A stretch of 64,000 bases of DNA from Candidatus Latescibacterota bacterium (GTDB lineage Bacteria; Latescibacterota; UBA2968): positions 1-64,000 of the forward strand of contig JAYODI010000013.1 of NCBI GenBank assembly GCA_038279365.1. Reading direction: 5' to 3'. The notes beneath the pieces were generated by a model, which was not told the origin of the DNA, made no database searches, and was given only the letters and a program-made list of their open reading frames with translations. This document shows, piece by piece, positions 29,412 through 40,329 of this stretch. The position numbers were made by a program, and so were the translations under genes. Position 1 is the first letter of the stretch, and each line of letters starts with the position of its first letter.

Positions 29412-29581
29412 CATCCGTCTTTAACGCTCAAATCGGGTTAACAAACAACCCTTTGTATATTGGGCCCTGAACTTTTGACACGCACCTAAAAAATTGTAAG
29501 CTTTATGAAACACACCTGCTTTATCAGCCACATTTTCGATTCGATGGAAATCCGATACGCCACCCATTGGACATATATTTT

Positions 29582-31522
29582 ATGATTTTTAAAACAGCAA
29601 AAAAATGGCTTTTTCATTTTATCATCTGTAGCCCACTGTTCATCTTAACAGGTTGCTTGGCCTCAGATCCTGGTCATGTGGCCATAGGCACTCAGGCCAC
29701 ATCCAATGCCGTCCATTTGGAAACCCGTGCGCCCAAGTACATTGACCCAACCATTTTAAAAAAACGCACATTTGGTGAAGCACCTATATTGGCCGAAAAA
29801 GTCAAACGTGGCGAACTTCCTCCCGTATCAGAACGCCTACCCGAAAATCCATTGGTTGTCATCCCCATTGACACCATTGGTCAATATGGCGGAACTCTGC
29901 GTCGCGCCCTCACGGGTGACATTGTGCAAACCGCGGGTGTCAGCAAAACCCTCGGTGAAGATTTAATGGGGTTTTCACGCCCACTCCCCGACAGCATCGA
30001 ATTTAACTTGGCCGAAAGTTACGAATATCAAGACGGCGGAAAAACGGCCATCTTTAAATTGCGCAAAGGCATCAAGTGGTCAGATGGACATCCTTATACC
30101 GTTGACGACATTCTGTTTTGGTATTACGACATGACGCTCAACGACGATGCCCGCGATGCCGTGTTGCCTCCCAGCGTGTGGTTTGTGGGCAAAGACCCCA
30201 TCCAAATGGAAAAGCTGGATGACCATACACTGAAGGTCAAATCGTCTGCCCCATTGGGGCGCGTACTTTACGCATTTAGTGGTGGCACCAGTGCCCAACC
30301 CAAACACTACTTTTCCCAATGGCACCCCAAATACAACCCAAATGCAACTTATGAGGCTTTTCGCGACAGCACATCTGCGGGGCAACTGAATCTTAAACCA
30401 GGTGTTCCCAGTCTCTCTGCTTGGGTACCTGTGGAATGGATTCGCGGCCAACGGATTGTTTATGAGCGCAATCCTTACTATCACAAAATAGATACGGAAG
30501 GCAACCAATTGCCCTATGCAGATCGCATCACATTTACTGTTATCCAAGACCCACAGGTTATTTTGCTCAAATTTGTAAATGGCGAAATTGATCTCTTTGG
30601 ACGCTACTCCAAAGTAAGCATGTTTCCCACCCTCAAATCGGAAGAAAAAAAAGGCCGTTTCAAATTGCGCATCACTGGCCCAGATCGGGGCCCATCTTTT
30701 TATATCAATTGGGACACGCCCAAACCCAATTTGCGCGAAGCCTTTCGCAACATAAACGTGCGCATTGCCATGTCGCACGCCATCAACCGCGAAGAAATCA
30801 ACCAAATTGTTTACCACGGCTTGCTTGAACCGGCCGGATATTCTTTTGGCCGATCCAACCCTTACTTTAATGAAGAAGCGTATCTCAAGTATTCCACATT
30901 CGATCCTGAAAAAGCCAAAGATATACTCGACAAAGCCGGCTACCGCGACACCGATGGCGATGGCTGGCGCGAGCTCAAAGATGGCTCACGTTTCGAATTT
31001 AACATCGACGTGATTCCAGGTGAAGGTGTTGATGTATCGGAACTGGCATCTGAACAATGGCGTGAAATTGGCTTAAAAGCCAACCTCAACATTTCGTTGC
31101 GCGACATCATTTGGCCTCGCCGCCTCAACGGTGATTTTGATATTCACCAATGGGGGCAAGAAGGCCCCGCCGATCCATTGGGGCGCTTGAACGATTGGGC
31201 CATTATGGCACCCACCGTTCCCTTTTGGCACAGAAATGCAACCGCAGATGGGCCAGAGTGGTTATACGAAGCCACCGATCTCATCAAAAAAACGCTGATT
31301 ACCATCGACCCAGAAAAAGTAAAAGCACAAATGTCGCGCGTGCGTGACTTGCACACAGACAACGTACCCGTCCTTACGGTTGGTTCATCTTTTTCAGTAT
31401 GGGGCGCCAGCACCCGATTGGGCAATGTACCTTTTCAAGGCACAGGTGCCGATGTGTATCGGGGATGGAGTCGCCCCGTTTTTCACGAACAAATTTTCGT
31501 CAAACAACCCACGGGCCAATAG
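29582..31522 (+). CDS. ABC transporter substrate-binding lipoprotein (family 5), paralog 2
   Basis: Lipobox LTGC and the same motifs as paralog 1. TTGACA-N16-TAAGCT at 29475-29502. Confidence 0.92.
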   Translation: MIFKTAKKWLFHFIICSPLFILTGCLASDPGHVAIGTQATSNAVHLETRAPKYIDPTILKKRTFGEAPILAEKVKRGELPPVSERLPENPLVVIPIDTIGQYGGTLRRALTGDIVQTAGVSKTLGEDLMGFSRPLPDSIEFNLAESYEYQDGGKTAIFKLRKGIKWSDGHPYTVDDILFWYYDMTLNDDARDAVLPPSVWFVGKDPIQMEKLDDHTLKVKSSAPLGRVLYAFSGGTSAQPKHYFSQWHPKYNPNATYEAFRDSTSAGQLNLKPGVPSLSAWVPVEWIRGQRIVYERNPYYHKIDTEGNQLPYADRITFTVIQDPQVILLKFVNGEIDLFGRYSKVSMFPTLKSEEKKGRFKLRITGPDRGPSFYINWDTPKPNLREAFRNINVRIAMSHAINREEINQIVYHGLLEPAGYSFGRSNPYFNEEAYLKYSTFDPEKAKDILDKAGYRDTDGDGWRELKDGSRFEFNIDVIPGEGVDVSELASEQWREIGLKANLNISLRDIIWPRRLNGDFDIHQWGQEGPADPLGRLNDWAIMAPTVPFWHRNATADGPEWLYEATDLIKKTLITIDPEKVKAQMSRVRDLHTDNVPVLTVGSSFSVWGASTRLGNVPFQGTGADVYRGWSRPVFHEQIFVKQPTGQ

Positions 31523-31588
31523 CAAGATGGTCGCTCTTGGCAAAATAAAAAATCTTAACCCCATCCTCCAATAGCTGGAGTAACAACT

Positions 31589-32587
31589 ATGCTCAATTAC
31601 ATCCTTCGTAGATTGTTACATATGATTCCCACCTTGATTCTGATTTCTATGGTCAGTTTCGCGGTGATTCAAGCACCGCCCGGAGATATGCTCACATCTC
31701 GCTTGGCCGAACTGGCCGAACAAGGTGAACTGGGCTCCGAAAGCGCAATGGCTCAAATAGAGGCCTTGCGAGAGCGTTATGGTCTTAATGACCCCATTTA
31801 TGAGCAATATTTTCGCTGGATCAGTAAAATTATTTTTGAAGGCGATTTTGGTGAATCCTTCACTTACGAAATGGACGTGATTGAACTCTTGGCCGAACGC
31901 CTCGGGCTTACGTTGATGCTCACCTTGTCTACTCTTGTTTTCACGTGGGTCGTGGCCATTCCCATTGGCATCTATTCTGCCACACGGCAATATTCTCTTG
32001 GTGATTATGGGTTCACATTTTTGGGGTTCATTGGTTTGGCCACGCCCAATTTTTTACTCGCCCTTGTGATCATGTTTATTCAGGTCACGGTTTTTGAAAC
32101 CGCATCGGTTGGGGGCCTTCTGTCACCTGAATACATTGGGGCAGATTGGTCTTGGGACAAATTTATGGATCTCTTGGCCCACATTTGGGTACCCATTTTG
32201 GTCATTGGCACAGGCAGTACTGCTGGAGTTATTCGTATTATGCGTGGTAATCTGCTCGATATTTTGGGGCAACAACACATTCAAACCGGTCGTGCCAAAG
32301 GTCTCAAAGAAAGCAAAGTGATTGTCAAATATGGTGTGCGCATTGCCATCAACCCCCTGGTCAGTCGTTTGGGGCTTGAGTTACCAGGCTTGCTCTCTGG
32401 TGCTGTTGTTACAGGCATTGTGTTGGGTTTGCCAACAGCTGGCCCCATTTTTCTAACCGCGCTAACGTCCCAAGACATGTTCTTGGCGGGCGCGTTTTTG
32501 TTGTTATCTGCTACCTTCTTGTTAATAGGCAACCTCCTGGCCGACATTTTATTGGCCTGGCTTGATCCGAGGATTCGATATGAGTAG
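31589..32587 (+). CDS. ABC transporter permease (DppB/OppB-like)
   Basis: YILRRLL, GDFGES, TGRAKGL, LDPRIRY. Confidence 0.95.
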   Translation: MLNYILRRLLHMIPTLILISMVSFAVIQAPPGDMLTSRLAELAEQGELGSESAMAQIEALRERYGLNDPIYEQYFRWISKIIFEGDFGESFTYEMDVIELLAERLGLTLMLTLSTLVFTWVVAIPIGIYSATRQYSLGDYGFTFLGFIGLATPNFLLALVIMFIQVTVFETASVGGLLSPEYIGADWSWDKFMDLLAHIWVPILVIGTGSTAGVIRIMRGNLLDILGQQHIQTGRAKGLKESKVIVKYGVRIAINPLVSRLGLELPGLLSGAVVTGIVLGLPTAGPIFLTALTSQDMFLAGAFLLLSATFLLIGNLLADILLAWLDPRIRYE

Positions 32588-33731
32588 TGTCGCCGAAACA
32601 CCCACACAAATGCCCGACCCCAATGCGCCCCCCGTTGTCGTAGAAAAAGCCACAACGGCAACGTATTCACAACGCAAGCTAATTTGGCGGCGTTTTAAAA
32701 AACACAAAGCCGGCGTTGTGGGCGGTTATATTGTGGTCTTGCTCTATGCCTGTGTGTTCTTAGGAGAAATCTTAGCGCCCCACAACCCATCACACCGCTT
32801 TTACAAATTTGTGCATTTGCCCGCACAACGCATCCACATCTTCTCAGACGAGGGGATTCATTTTCCATTCGTCTACGGTATCAAAAGCAATTTTGATCGC
32901 CAAACAGGCATCAAAACCTATACCGAAGATTCGAGCAAGCGATACACCATTTACCCATTTGCACGGGGGCATGAATATACGTTTTATGGCCTCTTCACTT
33001 CCAACATTCACCTGTTTGGCACCGGGCAAGACAACCCCATGTTTCTGCTTGGAACAGATCGTTTTGGGCGAGACATGCTTTCTCGCATTATTGTAGGCGG
33101 GCGCGTATCGCTCACCATTGGCCTTTTTGCTGTATTCATCAGTCTTACCCTGGGCTCGGTGCTCGGAGTGATTTCTGGTTTTTATGGTGGCCAAGTAGAC
33201 AACGTCATTCAGCGCATCATCGAACTCATATTTGCCTTTCCGTCCATTCCCATTCTCATGGCCTTGAGTGCCATCTTACCACCCGAATGGCCTTCACACT
33301 TTGTCTTTATGGGCATTGTTACCGTACTCTCACTGGTGGGTTGGGGAGGCTTGGCACGTGAAATTCGTGGCAAAACCCTCTCCATTCGTGAGGCCGACTT
33401 TATCTTGGCCGCACGTGTGGTGGGCGCAAAAGATAATCGCATTATCTTTCGTCACCTTTTGCCCTCTATGTTTAGCCATATCATTGTCATCGCCACACTC
33501 GCCATTCCGGGTTTTATTTTGGGCGAAAGCACTTTGAGCTTTCTCGGGTTGGGCATTAAACCCCCGATGACATCTTGGGGGTTGCTCTTATCAGATGCCA
33601 TGAACATTCACTCCCTCAGCCTCTACCCATGGCTCTTGTTGCCAGGTGTGTGCATCATCATTGCCGTGTTGGCATTTAACTTCTTAGGTGACGGCTTGCG
33701 CGATGCTGCCGACCCTTATTCAAGCAGATAA
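32580..33731 (+). CDS. ABC transporter permease (DppC/OppC-like)
   Basis: LGTDRFGRD, ESTLSFLGLG, GDGLRDAADP. Confidence 0.95.
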   Translation: MSSVAETPTQMPDPNAPPVVVEKATTATYSQRKLIWRRFKKHKAGVVGGYIVVLLYACVFLGEILAPHNPSHRFYKFVHLPAQRIHIFSDEGIHFPFVYGIKSNFDRQTGIKTYTEDSSKRYTIYPFARGHEYTFYGLFTSNIHLFGTGQDNPMFLLGTDRFGRDMLSRIIVGGRVSLTIGLFAVFISLTLGSVLGVISGFYGGQVDNVIQRIIELIFAFPSIPILMALSAILPPEWPSHFVFMGIVTVLSLVGWGGLAREIRGKTLSIREADFILAARVVGAKDNRIIFRHLLPSMFSHIIVIATLAIPGFILGESTLSFLGLGIKPPMTSWGLLLSDAMNIHSLSLYPWLLLPGVCIIIAVLAFNFLGDGLRDAADPYSSR

Positions 33732-33735
33732 ATCA

Positions 33736-33835
33736 GGCAAACCGCAAACGTGAAACGGCAAACAAACCCACACAACCACCCAAATTCAAAGATGGCTTCG
33801 TTTTTACATTTGCCGTTTGCCATTTGCCATTTCAC
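33736..33835. repeat. Inverted arrays of heptamer repeats (GGCAAAC/GTGAAAC type), copy 1
   Basis: Left: ggcaaac cgcaaac gtgaaac ggcaaac. Right: atttgcc gtttgcc atttgcc atttcac. Confidence 0.85.
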
Positions 33836-33851
33836 TGCTTAAGGACTTCCA

Positions 33852-34859
33852 ATGGCTCAAACCGATCTCAAAAAGCAACCGCTGTTAGACATCCGCAATC
33901 TTAAAACCTATTTCCATACAGACGATGGTGTGGTGCGTGCGGTCAATGGAGTATCTCTATCCATTGAGCCAGGTAAAACACTGGGTGTGGTTGGTGAAAG
34001 CGGTTGTGGCAAAAGTATTACGGCCTTTTCAACCATGCGCCTTATTCCCAGCCCACCTGGTAAAATTGAAGACGGCCAAATTCTCTTTCGCAAAGATCCA
34101 ACAGCCGAAGCCATTGACCTCACAACGCTCAACGCCAAAGGCCCAGAAATGCGCAGCATTCGGGGCAACGACATTGCAATGATCTTTCAAGAACCAATGA
34201 CCTCCTTAAGCCCTGTCCACACCATTGGTAATCAAATTGGTGAAGCAATAATGCTGCATCAAAACGTAGACAAACATGAAGCCCGTGAACGGTCTATTGA
34301 GGCTTTGAACAAAGTGCGTTTGCCCCGACCAGACCGACAAGTAGATGCCTACCCACACGAACTGTCGGGTGGGATGCGCCAACGCGCAATGATTGCAATG
34401 GCCCTTTCTTGTAACCCCAGTTTATTGATTGCCGACGAACCCACCACGGCTCTCGATGTAACGGTTCAGGCACAAATTCTCGACCTGATGCAACAGCTCC
34501 AAGATGAAATTGGGATGGCCATTATGCTCATCACCCACGACTTAGGTGTGGTGGCCCATATGGCCGATCATGTGGCTGTGATGTATTTGGGCAAAGTGGT
34601 AGAATATTCTGACACACGCACCATCTTCAAACACCCCAGGCACCCTTATACCAAGGGATTGCTCAATTCATTGCCCAAAATTGGCAAAAAGCAACGCTTA
34701 GAACCCATTGTGGGCTCTATTCCAGATCCCTTTGAAATACCCACAGGTTGTACATTTGCACCACGTTGCCCACATGCAATGGACCAATGCCGGGAAGAAC
34801 CCCAATTGCTTGAAATTGCCCCCAACCACCAAGTCAGTTGTTGGTTAGAAAAGAAATAG
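33852..34859 (+). CDS. ABC transporter ATP-binding protein (DppD/OppD-like)
   Basis: [24 protein letters not shown] and C-terminal Cys motif. Confidence 0.96.
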   Translation: MAQTDLKKQPLLDIRNLKTYFHTDDGVVRAVNGVSLSIEPGKTLGVVGESGCGKSITAFSTMRLIPSPPGKIEDGQILFRKDPTAEAIDLTTLNAKGPEMRSIRGNDIAMIFQEPMTSLSPVHTIGNQIGEAIMLHQNVDKHEARERSIEALNKVRLPRPDRQVDAYPHELSGGMRQRAMIAMALSCNPSLLIADEPTTALDVTVQAQILDLMQQLQDEIGMAIMLITHDLGVVAHMADHVAVMYLGKVVEYSDTRTIFKHPRHPYTKGLLNSLPKIGKKQRLEPIVGSIPDPFEIPTGCTFAPRCPHAMDQCREEPQLLEIAPNHQVSCWLEKK

Positions 34860-34865
34860 TGAAAA

Positions 34866-34956
34866 GATAAACGGCAAATGTGAAACGGCAAACAAACCAA
34901 CATTCCCATCTGCCGTTTGCCGTTTCACATCTGCCGTTTGCCGTTTGCCTTCTGCC
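34866..34956. repeat. Inverted arrays of heptamer repeats, copy 2
   Basis: Left: gataaac ggcaaat gtgaaac ggcaaac. Right: atctgcc gtttgcc gtttcac atctgcc gtttgcc gtttgcc ttctgcc. Confidence 0.9.
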
Positions 34957-34987
34957 TCTATCTTAGCCCTAAAAGTGAGCCATAAAC

Positions 34988-36022
34988 ATGAATAATCCCA
35001 ATAACGATCCCATTCTCGAAGTAACCGGCCTAAAAACCTACTTCCCCATTAAAAAAGGTATTATGCGCAAAGTAGTGGGTCACGTCAAAGCCGTTGATGG
35101 TGTGGACCTCACGCTACAAAGAGGTGAAACACTGGGCCTTGTGGGCGAATCGGGCTGTGGCAAAACCACCACTGGGCGATCCATTATTCGGCTTGTAGAA
35201 CCCACAGCAGGCAACATCATTTTTCATCACAACGACAAAGCCATAGATTTGCGCACCCTCGAAAAAGAAGACATGCGCAACTTAAGGCGCGAATTGCAAT
35301 ACATCTTTCAAGACCCCTTCTCATCACTTAATCCGCGAATGACCGTCTTCGACATTGTGGCCGAACCCCTCGTGGTCAATCAAATTGCCACAGGCAGTGA
35401 TCTCGAAGGTCGCATTGAACAACTCCTCATTCGCGTGGGCTTGCGCCCAGATCACTTGCGCCGTTACCCACACGCCTTTTCTGGTGGCCAACGTCAACGC
35501 ATTGGCATTGCACGCGCACTGGCTCTCAACCCCAAGCTGGTAATCGCCGACGAACCTGTGTCCGCCTTAGACGTATCCGTTCAAGCCCAAGTGATCAACC
35601 TCATGGAAGATCTCCAAGCAGAATTCGATCTCACCTACCTCTTTGTGGCACACGACCTAAGCGTTGTGGAACACATTTCAGACCGCGTGGCCGTGATGTA
35701 TCTCGGGCAAATTGTCGAAATTACGACTGCCGAACGCCTCTACGAAAAACCCCTTCACCCCTACACCGCCGCACTGATGTCTGCCGTTCCTGTAGCAGAT
35801 CCAGATATCAAGGTCAATCGCATTCCTCTTGAAGGGGATGTGCCCGACCCCGCCGACGCCCCTCCCGGCTGTAAATTTCACGTACGTTGCCCACACGTTC
35901 AGGACCGTTGCAAAACAGAAGAACCCAAACTCAGAGAAGTTGAGCCAGGGCATCAAGCCAGTTGCCATTTTGCGGGCGAACTCACGTTCACAAATTTAGA
36001 AATTGAACCTGCCAAAACTTAA
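34988..36022 (+). CDS. ABC transporter ATP-binding protein (DppF/OppF-like)
   Basis: [24 protein letters not shown]. Confidence 0.96.
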   Translation: MNNPNNDPILEVTGLKTYFPIKKGIMRKVVGHVKAVDGVDLTLQRGETLGLVGESGCGKTTTGRSIIRLVEPTAGNIIFHHNDKAIDLRTLEKEDMRNLRRELQYIFQDPFSSLNPRMTVFDIVAEPLVVNQIATGSDLEGRIEQLLIRVGLRPDHLRRYPHAFSGGQRQRIGIARALALNPKLVIADEPVSALDVSVQAQVINLMEDLQAEFDLTYLFVAHDLSVVEHISDRVAVMYLGQIVEITTAERLYEKPLHPYTAALMSAVPVADPDIKVNRIPLEGDVPDPADAPPGCKFHVRCPHVQDRCKTEEPKLREVEPGHQASCHFAGELTFTNLEIEPAKT

Positions 36023-36189
36023 TACTTAAATCAAAAAAACGGCCTGTAGGTCCTAGAAAACAGGTTAAAAACCTGGTAAGCTCTAAAAATAAACGACAAA
36101 ATCACTCCTTGAAATAGTTATACAAATCCCAAATAACCTAATTTTTTTCAAGCCAAAATCAAATTCGTTTACATAAACACAAAATTATA

Positions 36190-36223
36190 AAAAAGCTCAC
36201 ACAATATTTCGTGTGAGCTTTTT
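36190..36223. terminator. Bidirectional intrinsic terminator
   Basis: AAAAAGCTCACAC/GTGTGAGCTTTTT. Confidence 0.85.
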
Positions 36224-36225
36224 GT

Positions 36226-38571
36226 TTACTGATTCACAAAAAAGCGATCCACAATCTGCTCCTCACTATCCATCACCACAGCCCGCACTTCCCCATCGGT
36301 TCGCAAAATGATCCGCGCCTTTCCATCGTGCGTTGGCACATGAACCACAAATCCACCAGGCGTCTGCTCCAACGTTGCCTCCCCGATCAAACGTTCCCCT
36401 GTTCGATGTGGGCGAAACACAGTCACAAATTCTTGTTGTAAGGAAGGCGTAGGCGTCTGCGCCGTCAAATGATACTCCACCAACTTCACACGAGGGCGAG
36501 GGGGCACATCAAATTTATCGGTTTGTGAAATGCCCAACCCTTGGGGCCACAAAAACGACGCCTGCGCACTGGCTCCATTATTTACCACCCGAATATCTTC
36601 CTGACGATTCACCGTCATTTCTGTAGGCGTGTGCAAATGCCATGCAAAAGAAGAAGCTTCAGGCGCTTCCAAACGGTCATAAACCACAATAACATCCGGT
36701 TTCACAAACAAAATATGCCGTGTAAAACGTTTCAACAAACCTTCAGGATAGGCCTCAGCAGCCTCACCTACCACATAATCAAACCGCTTGCTGGTCTCAA
36801 ATTTGACAATCTCCCCAACCGCCGATGCCGTACGCTTGCCTTGGCCCTTGCCATTAACCGTGATGCTATTGACCGACTTCGTTTCCCACATCCAATTTTT
36901 ATGGTGATCACTGCCATAAGAATCTCTTCGCCCCGTGCGAATAAACAACCGTTCGCCAAAGGCATAAATCAAAAATGCGTTTTGCGACTCATAGCCGTGG
37001 CTTTGTGTTCCAAACGGACTGCTTTTAAACACCACATGAACATTCTCTTTTCCATCTATCAAATTACTGTTCAACATCGCCTGCCCAATCCCCCGAAACA
37101 CGCGCGAAGAAGGCAAATCATCAGGTGTTTTTGCCGTTACCTTTGGCAAAGCCGCCCGAACAAAACCAATATACCCTCCTTCAGGCTTTGCCCCACCATT
37201 GGCCTCCACATACCACTGCCAATAAGGGTTCTGTGCTTGTGCAGCAAAAATAGATGTCAACGCCACATTGCTGCCACTTTTGCGCGTGGCCGTCAAATCG
37301 CCAAACCCACCGCCCTGCGTACCGGGTGGCATCAAATACATGGGATAGTATCCTGCTTGGGAGAAAAAGGGCTTATCAAAAGCATCAATATCCATGGCCG
37401 CCTTCATCACATCGGCCCACCACGTAAACCGATTCAAATAGCTGTTCCAATACGCATTTCCCTCGTGCCATCCCCCATCGGCATCACTCCAAACAGGGTA
37501 AGCCGTCATAAACACGTGCATCGAAAACCACACCCACTCTTTGGCCTCAGGGATTTCATCCAAAAACGCAATGCCCACTTCGCCCAAAAAGTGCCACGCC
37601 CGATTGGAATGACTGCTATAGGGTTGCCACAAATGACGCGGGTGCAAATGTTCATACATTTCTTTCCCACGCACACGCATCACCTCACGGCATTTTTCAC
37701 GTTCTGCATCACTCAATTTATCGTACAAAAATGTGTAGGTACGCGAAAAATAATAATTATAAGGCATACCCGCTTCATCATTGTAGCGATATCCCGTAGA
37801 GCCCTTAGGGTCCCACTCGGCACAGGCCATTAACAAATTTTTGGCCAATTGACCATATTGTTCATTGCCATCCAACCGATACGTAAACGCCAATGTTGCC
37901 GCCGCATCCAACACCCTTTGTGTATATCGCCGATTGCCCCACCATATTTTCCGCCACGGATCACTGCCTCGTTGCATACCTTCTTCATACAAAGGCGGTT
38001 CTGCGGTTTCGGGTGGTTCAGCCACCCACCTATTGCATTCCTCAACCAAGCGCTCATAATGCGGTTTCAAGTCGCTCACAATACGCGCTTGGTAATCTGC
38101 TATCCACTCTGGCCTTACAAACAGTCGAGGGTGTTCTTGAGGTATACGTGCCAACAAATCAGCCTTTAATGGCAAAGGCATTTCCCGTGCATCATTTGGC
38201 ACAGTAAAGGATCGACCCGAACTCCACGCTGACCATTCGGCCCCATCAAAATATCGAAATCGCCAAAACCAAACACCAGCATCCATCTTTGTGGGGGGCG
38301 AATGAACAGAAAATTCCAAATCATTTGCTTCATAAACCACATCTTTAAATGCCGCATCTTTGGCCACCTGAAGACCATAATTCTTGGCCTCTTTTTGTGG
38401 CCGCCAAACAAAGCCTGGCGGGGTCACTGCCACCACCTCATTCACTCCAGGCCGAAAACCCCATTCACCCGGTTTGGCTGGGGTTTCATCTACAATTAAT
38501 GCAGCTTCGACATTCACCCACAACATCGCCAAGACAACACCTAAAAACCCACGAATCACCAACAAAAACAT
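36226..38571 (-). CDS. Exported heparinase II/III-like polysaccharide lyase with DUF4962-like N-terminus (PL15-like)
   Basis: Signal peptide after GGAGG-ATG 38571; HPRLF, SHSNR, GGWHEG..YW, FKSSPFG..SH...QNAF. Confidence 0.8.
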   Translation of the reverse strand: MFLLVIRGFLGVVLAMLWVNVEAALIVDETPAKPGEWGFRPGVNEVVAVTPPGFVWRPQKEAKNYGLQVAKDAAFKDVVYEANDLEFSVHSPPTKMDAGVWFWRFRYFDGAEWSAWSSGRSFTVPNDAREMPLPLKADLLARIPQEHPRLFVRPEWIADYQARIVSDLKPHYERLVEECNRWVAEPPETAEPPLYEEGMQRGSDPWRKIWWGNRRYTQRVLDAAATLAFTYRLDGNEQYGQLAKNLLMACAEWDPKGSTGYRYNDEAGMPYNYYFSRTYTFLYDKLSDAEREKCREVMRVRGKEMYEHLHPRHLWQPYSSHSNRAWHFLGEVGIAFLDEIPEAKEWVWFSMHVFMTAYPVWSDADGGWHEGNAYWNSYLNRFTWWADVMKAAMDIDAFDKPFFSQAGYYPMYLMPPGTQGGGFGDLTATRKSGSNVALTSIFAAQAQNPYWQWYVEANGGAKPEGGYIGFVRAALPKVTAKTPDDLPSSRVFRGIGQAMLNSNLIDGKENVHVVFKSSPFGTQSHGYESQNAFLIYAFGERLFIRTGRRDSYGSDHHKNWMWETKSVNSITVNGKGQGKRTASAVGEIVKFETSKRFDYVVGEAAEAYPEGLLKRFTRHILFVKPDVIVVYDRLEAPEASSFAWHLHTPTEMTVNRQEDIRVVNNGASAQASFLWPQGLGISQTDKFDVPPRPRVKLVEYHLTAQTPTPSLQQEFVTVFRPHRTGERLIGEATLEQTPGGFVVHVPTHDGKARIILRTDGEVRAVVMDSEEQIVDRFFVNQ

Positions 38572-38743
38572 ATCCACCTCCTGCACAGATAAATAAAGTA
38601 TTGAGGCCACCAATATAAAGGGTCTTCACAACTTGTCCAGCACCTTGACAGAAGCCCATATACACCCTATTTTCCAGTGTCTTAAATAACACACAAAAGC
38701 GCCAGCCAACAATTCGATTTCATTGTTTCCATTAGGGGCAAAC

Positions 38744-39433
38744 ATGTCTCAAACCATTATTCTCAAAGCCGACGACATTCGTTATGATGCCGAACACATT
38801 TTGCCCCCACGTTGGCAAACATTTATCGATTACATTGAAACGCACCATATCCAAGCCGGTTTGGGGCTTATTGGCAACTCGCTCGAAGGTGATCACCCCC
38901 GCTATTTTACGCGCCTCAACGAATTGCACAACAGCTCTCATTTTGAAATTTGGCACCACGGCTACGACCACGTGCTTAAAGGCACAAATAAACGCGGTGA
39001 AATCTATCACGAATTTTTCAACACCTCATTTGACCACCAGTTGGAACACCTACAAAAAACACAAACCCTGGCCAAAGAAAAAGCAAACATTACCTTGCGC
39101 ACATTTGGAGCCCCAGGAAACGGAATTGATGAAACAACCCGTGACGCTCTTTCCCATCTGACAGACATCAAAGTTTGGTTATATGGTGATCCCGATGGCC
39201 ACCAATTTAACCTCAAACGAACCATTAACCTCGAATACCCCACCCACAATCCCGATTTTGCATCTTTCCAAGAACACTATAAAAGTGACCTGCCCTGTTT
39301 GGTGCTCCAAATGCACCCAAACAGTTGGGACGATCAACGCTTTGAACAATTTGACAAAATTATGCAATTTCTCTTACACCAAAATACAACCTTTGTATTA
39401 CCTTACGACTATTATCTTCAACAATCTGCCTGA
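38744..39433 (+). CDS. Polysaccharide deacetylase-like (NodB/DUF2334) protein
   Basis: LKADD, EIWHHGYDH, TFGAPGN, LQMHP. Confidence 0.75.
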   Translation: MSQTIILKADDIRYDAEHILPPRWQTFIDYIETHHIQAGLGLIGNSLEGDHPRYFTRLNELHNSSHFEIWHHGYDHVLKGTNKRGEIYHEFFNTSFDHQLEHLQKTQTLAKEKANITLRTFGAPGNGIDETTRDALSHLTDIKVWLYGDPDGHQFNLKRTINLEYPTHNPDFASFQEHYKSDLPCLVLQMHPNSWDDQRFEQFDKIMQFLLHQNTTFVLPYDYYLQQSA

Positions 39434-39441
39434 GGTGATTT

Positions 39442-40248
39442 ATGGTTGTTTCATTTGAACAACGCGAACAATTCCAAGAACTCGGTTATTGCACCGTGCC
39501 CGACATGTTTTCAGCGCGAGAAGTCGCTGCCATGTGCGCAGAGCTCGACCGCTTCAAGCGCGAAAACCTCTTGCGCAACGTGACCACCGAAGGAGATGGC
39601 AAAACCCATTCATCAACAAAAATCAACTTACAAATTTGCCCCATTGCCCCCAAGAGCACATTTTATCGGTCACTCCCATTTCACCCCAAAGTCATCATCA
39701 CTGTCGCGAGTCTCATTGGGAACCCCTTTGTTTTTTATCTGGATCAAATCTTTCTCAAACCACCCAAACAAGGGCAAGGCACATCCTGGCATCAAGACAA
39801 TGCCTATTTCAAGGTTAGTGACCCATCCAAGGGGGTGGGCATGTGGGTTGCCCTTCACGATGCCACAGTGGCCAATGGCACGCTTCACATCATACCAGGC
39901 AGTCACACAGCACCTATTCCGCACCAACGAGACCCCAACAGCGACCACCACATCTGTTGTTCCGTAGAGGAATCCAAAGCCATCCCCATCGAGTTAACAG
40001 CAGGTGGTGCCGTCTTTTTTAATTTTGGCATTGCCCATTCTACCAAAGCCAATCAAACCGACAGAGAACGTGCAGGGCTTGCCTTACACTTTCTCCACAC
40101 AGATTACATCCCCCTTGAAGCCAAAGATAAAAAAAGTTATGCCCATTTGACAGGTTACCGTGCAACAGGTGGCCAAAATGAATATGGCACACGTATTACA
40201 GGTACTTGGCCCAATGAAGTGGCACGCGTTTTGGGTGAAAAAATCTAA
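39442..40248 (+). CDS. Phytanoyl-CoA dioxygenase (PhyH) family Fe/2OG enzyme
   Basis: FLKPP, WHQD, WVALHDATVANG, IPGSH and a distal His. Confidence 0.9.
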   Translation: MVVSFEQREQFQELGYCTVPDMFSAREVAAMCAELDRFKRENLLRNVTTEGDGKTHSSTKINLQICPIAPKSTFYRSLPFHPKVIITVASLIGNPFVFYLDQIFLKPPKQGQGTSWHQDNAYFKVSDPSKGVGMWVALHDATVANGTLHIIPGSHTAPIPHQRDPNSDHHICCSVEESKAIPIELTAGGAVFFNFGIAHSTKANQTDRERAGLALHFLHTDYIPLEAKDKKSYAHLTGYRATGGQNEYGTRITGTWPNEVARVLGEKI

Positions 40249-40329
40249 TGTTTTGCACAAACAAGTCGATGATAAAATAACATCACAGTGAAAATGCTTC
40301 ACTTTTTCAGGTTGGCCTTTTAAAGCTTT

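Noticed and set aside
33736-34956. CRISPR array or IS ends
   Set aside because: The repeats are 7-mers without unique spacers, and there are no cas or transposase genes in the window.
36541-37833. 430-aa + strand ORF
   Set aside because: Lies exactly in antisense codon register to the lyase gene, has no RBS or recognisable motifs, and is best explained as a shadow ORF.
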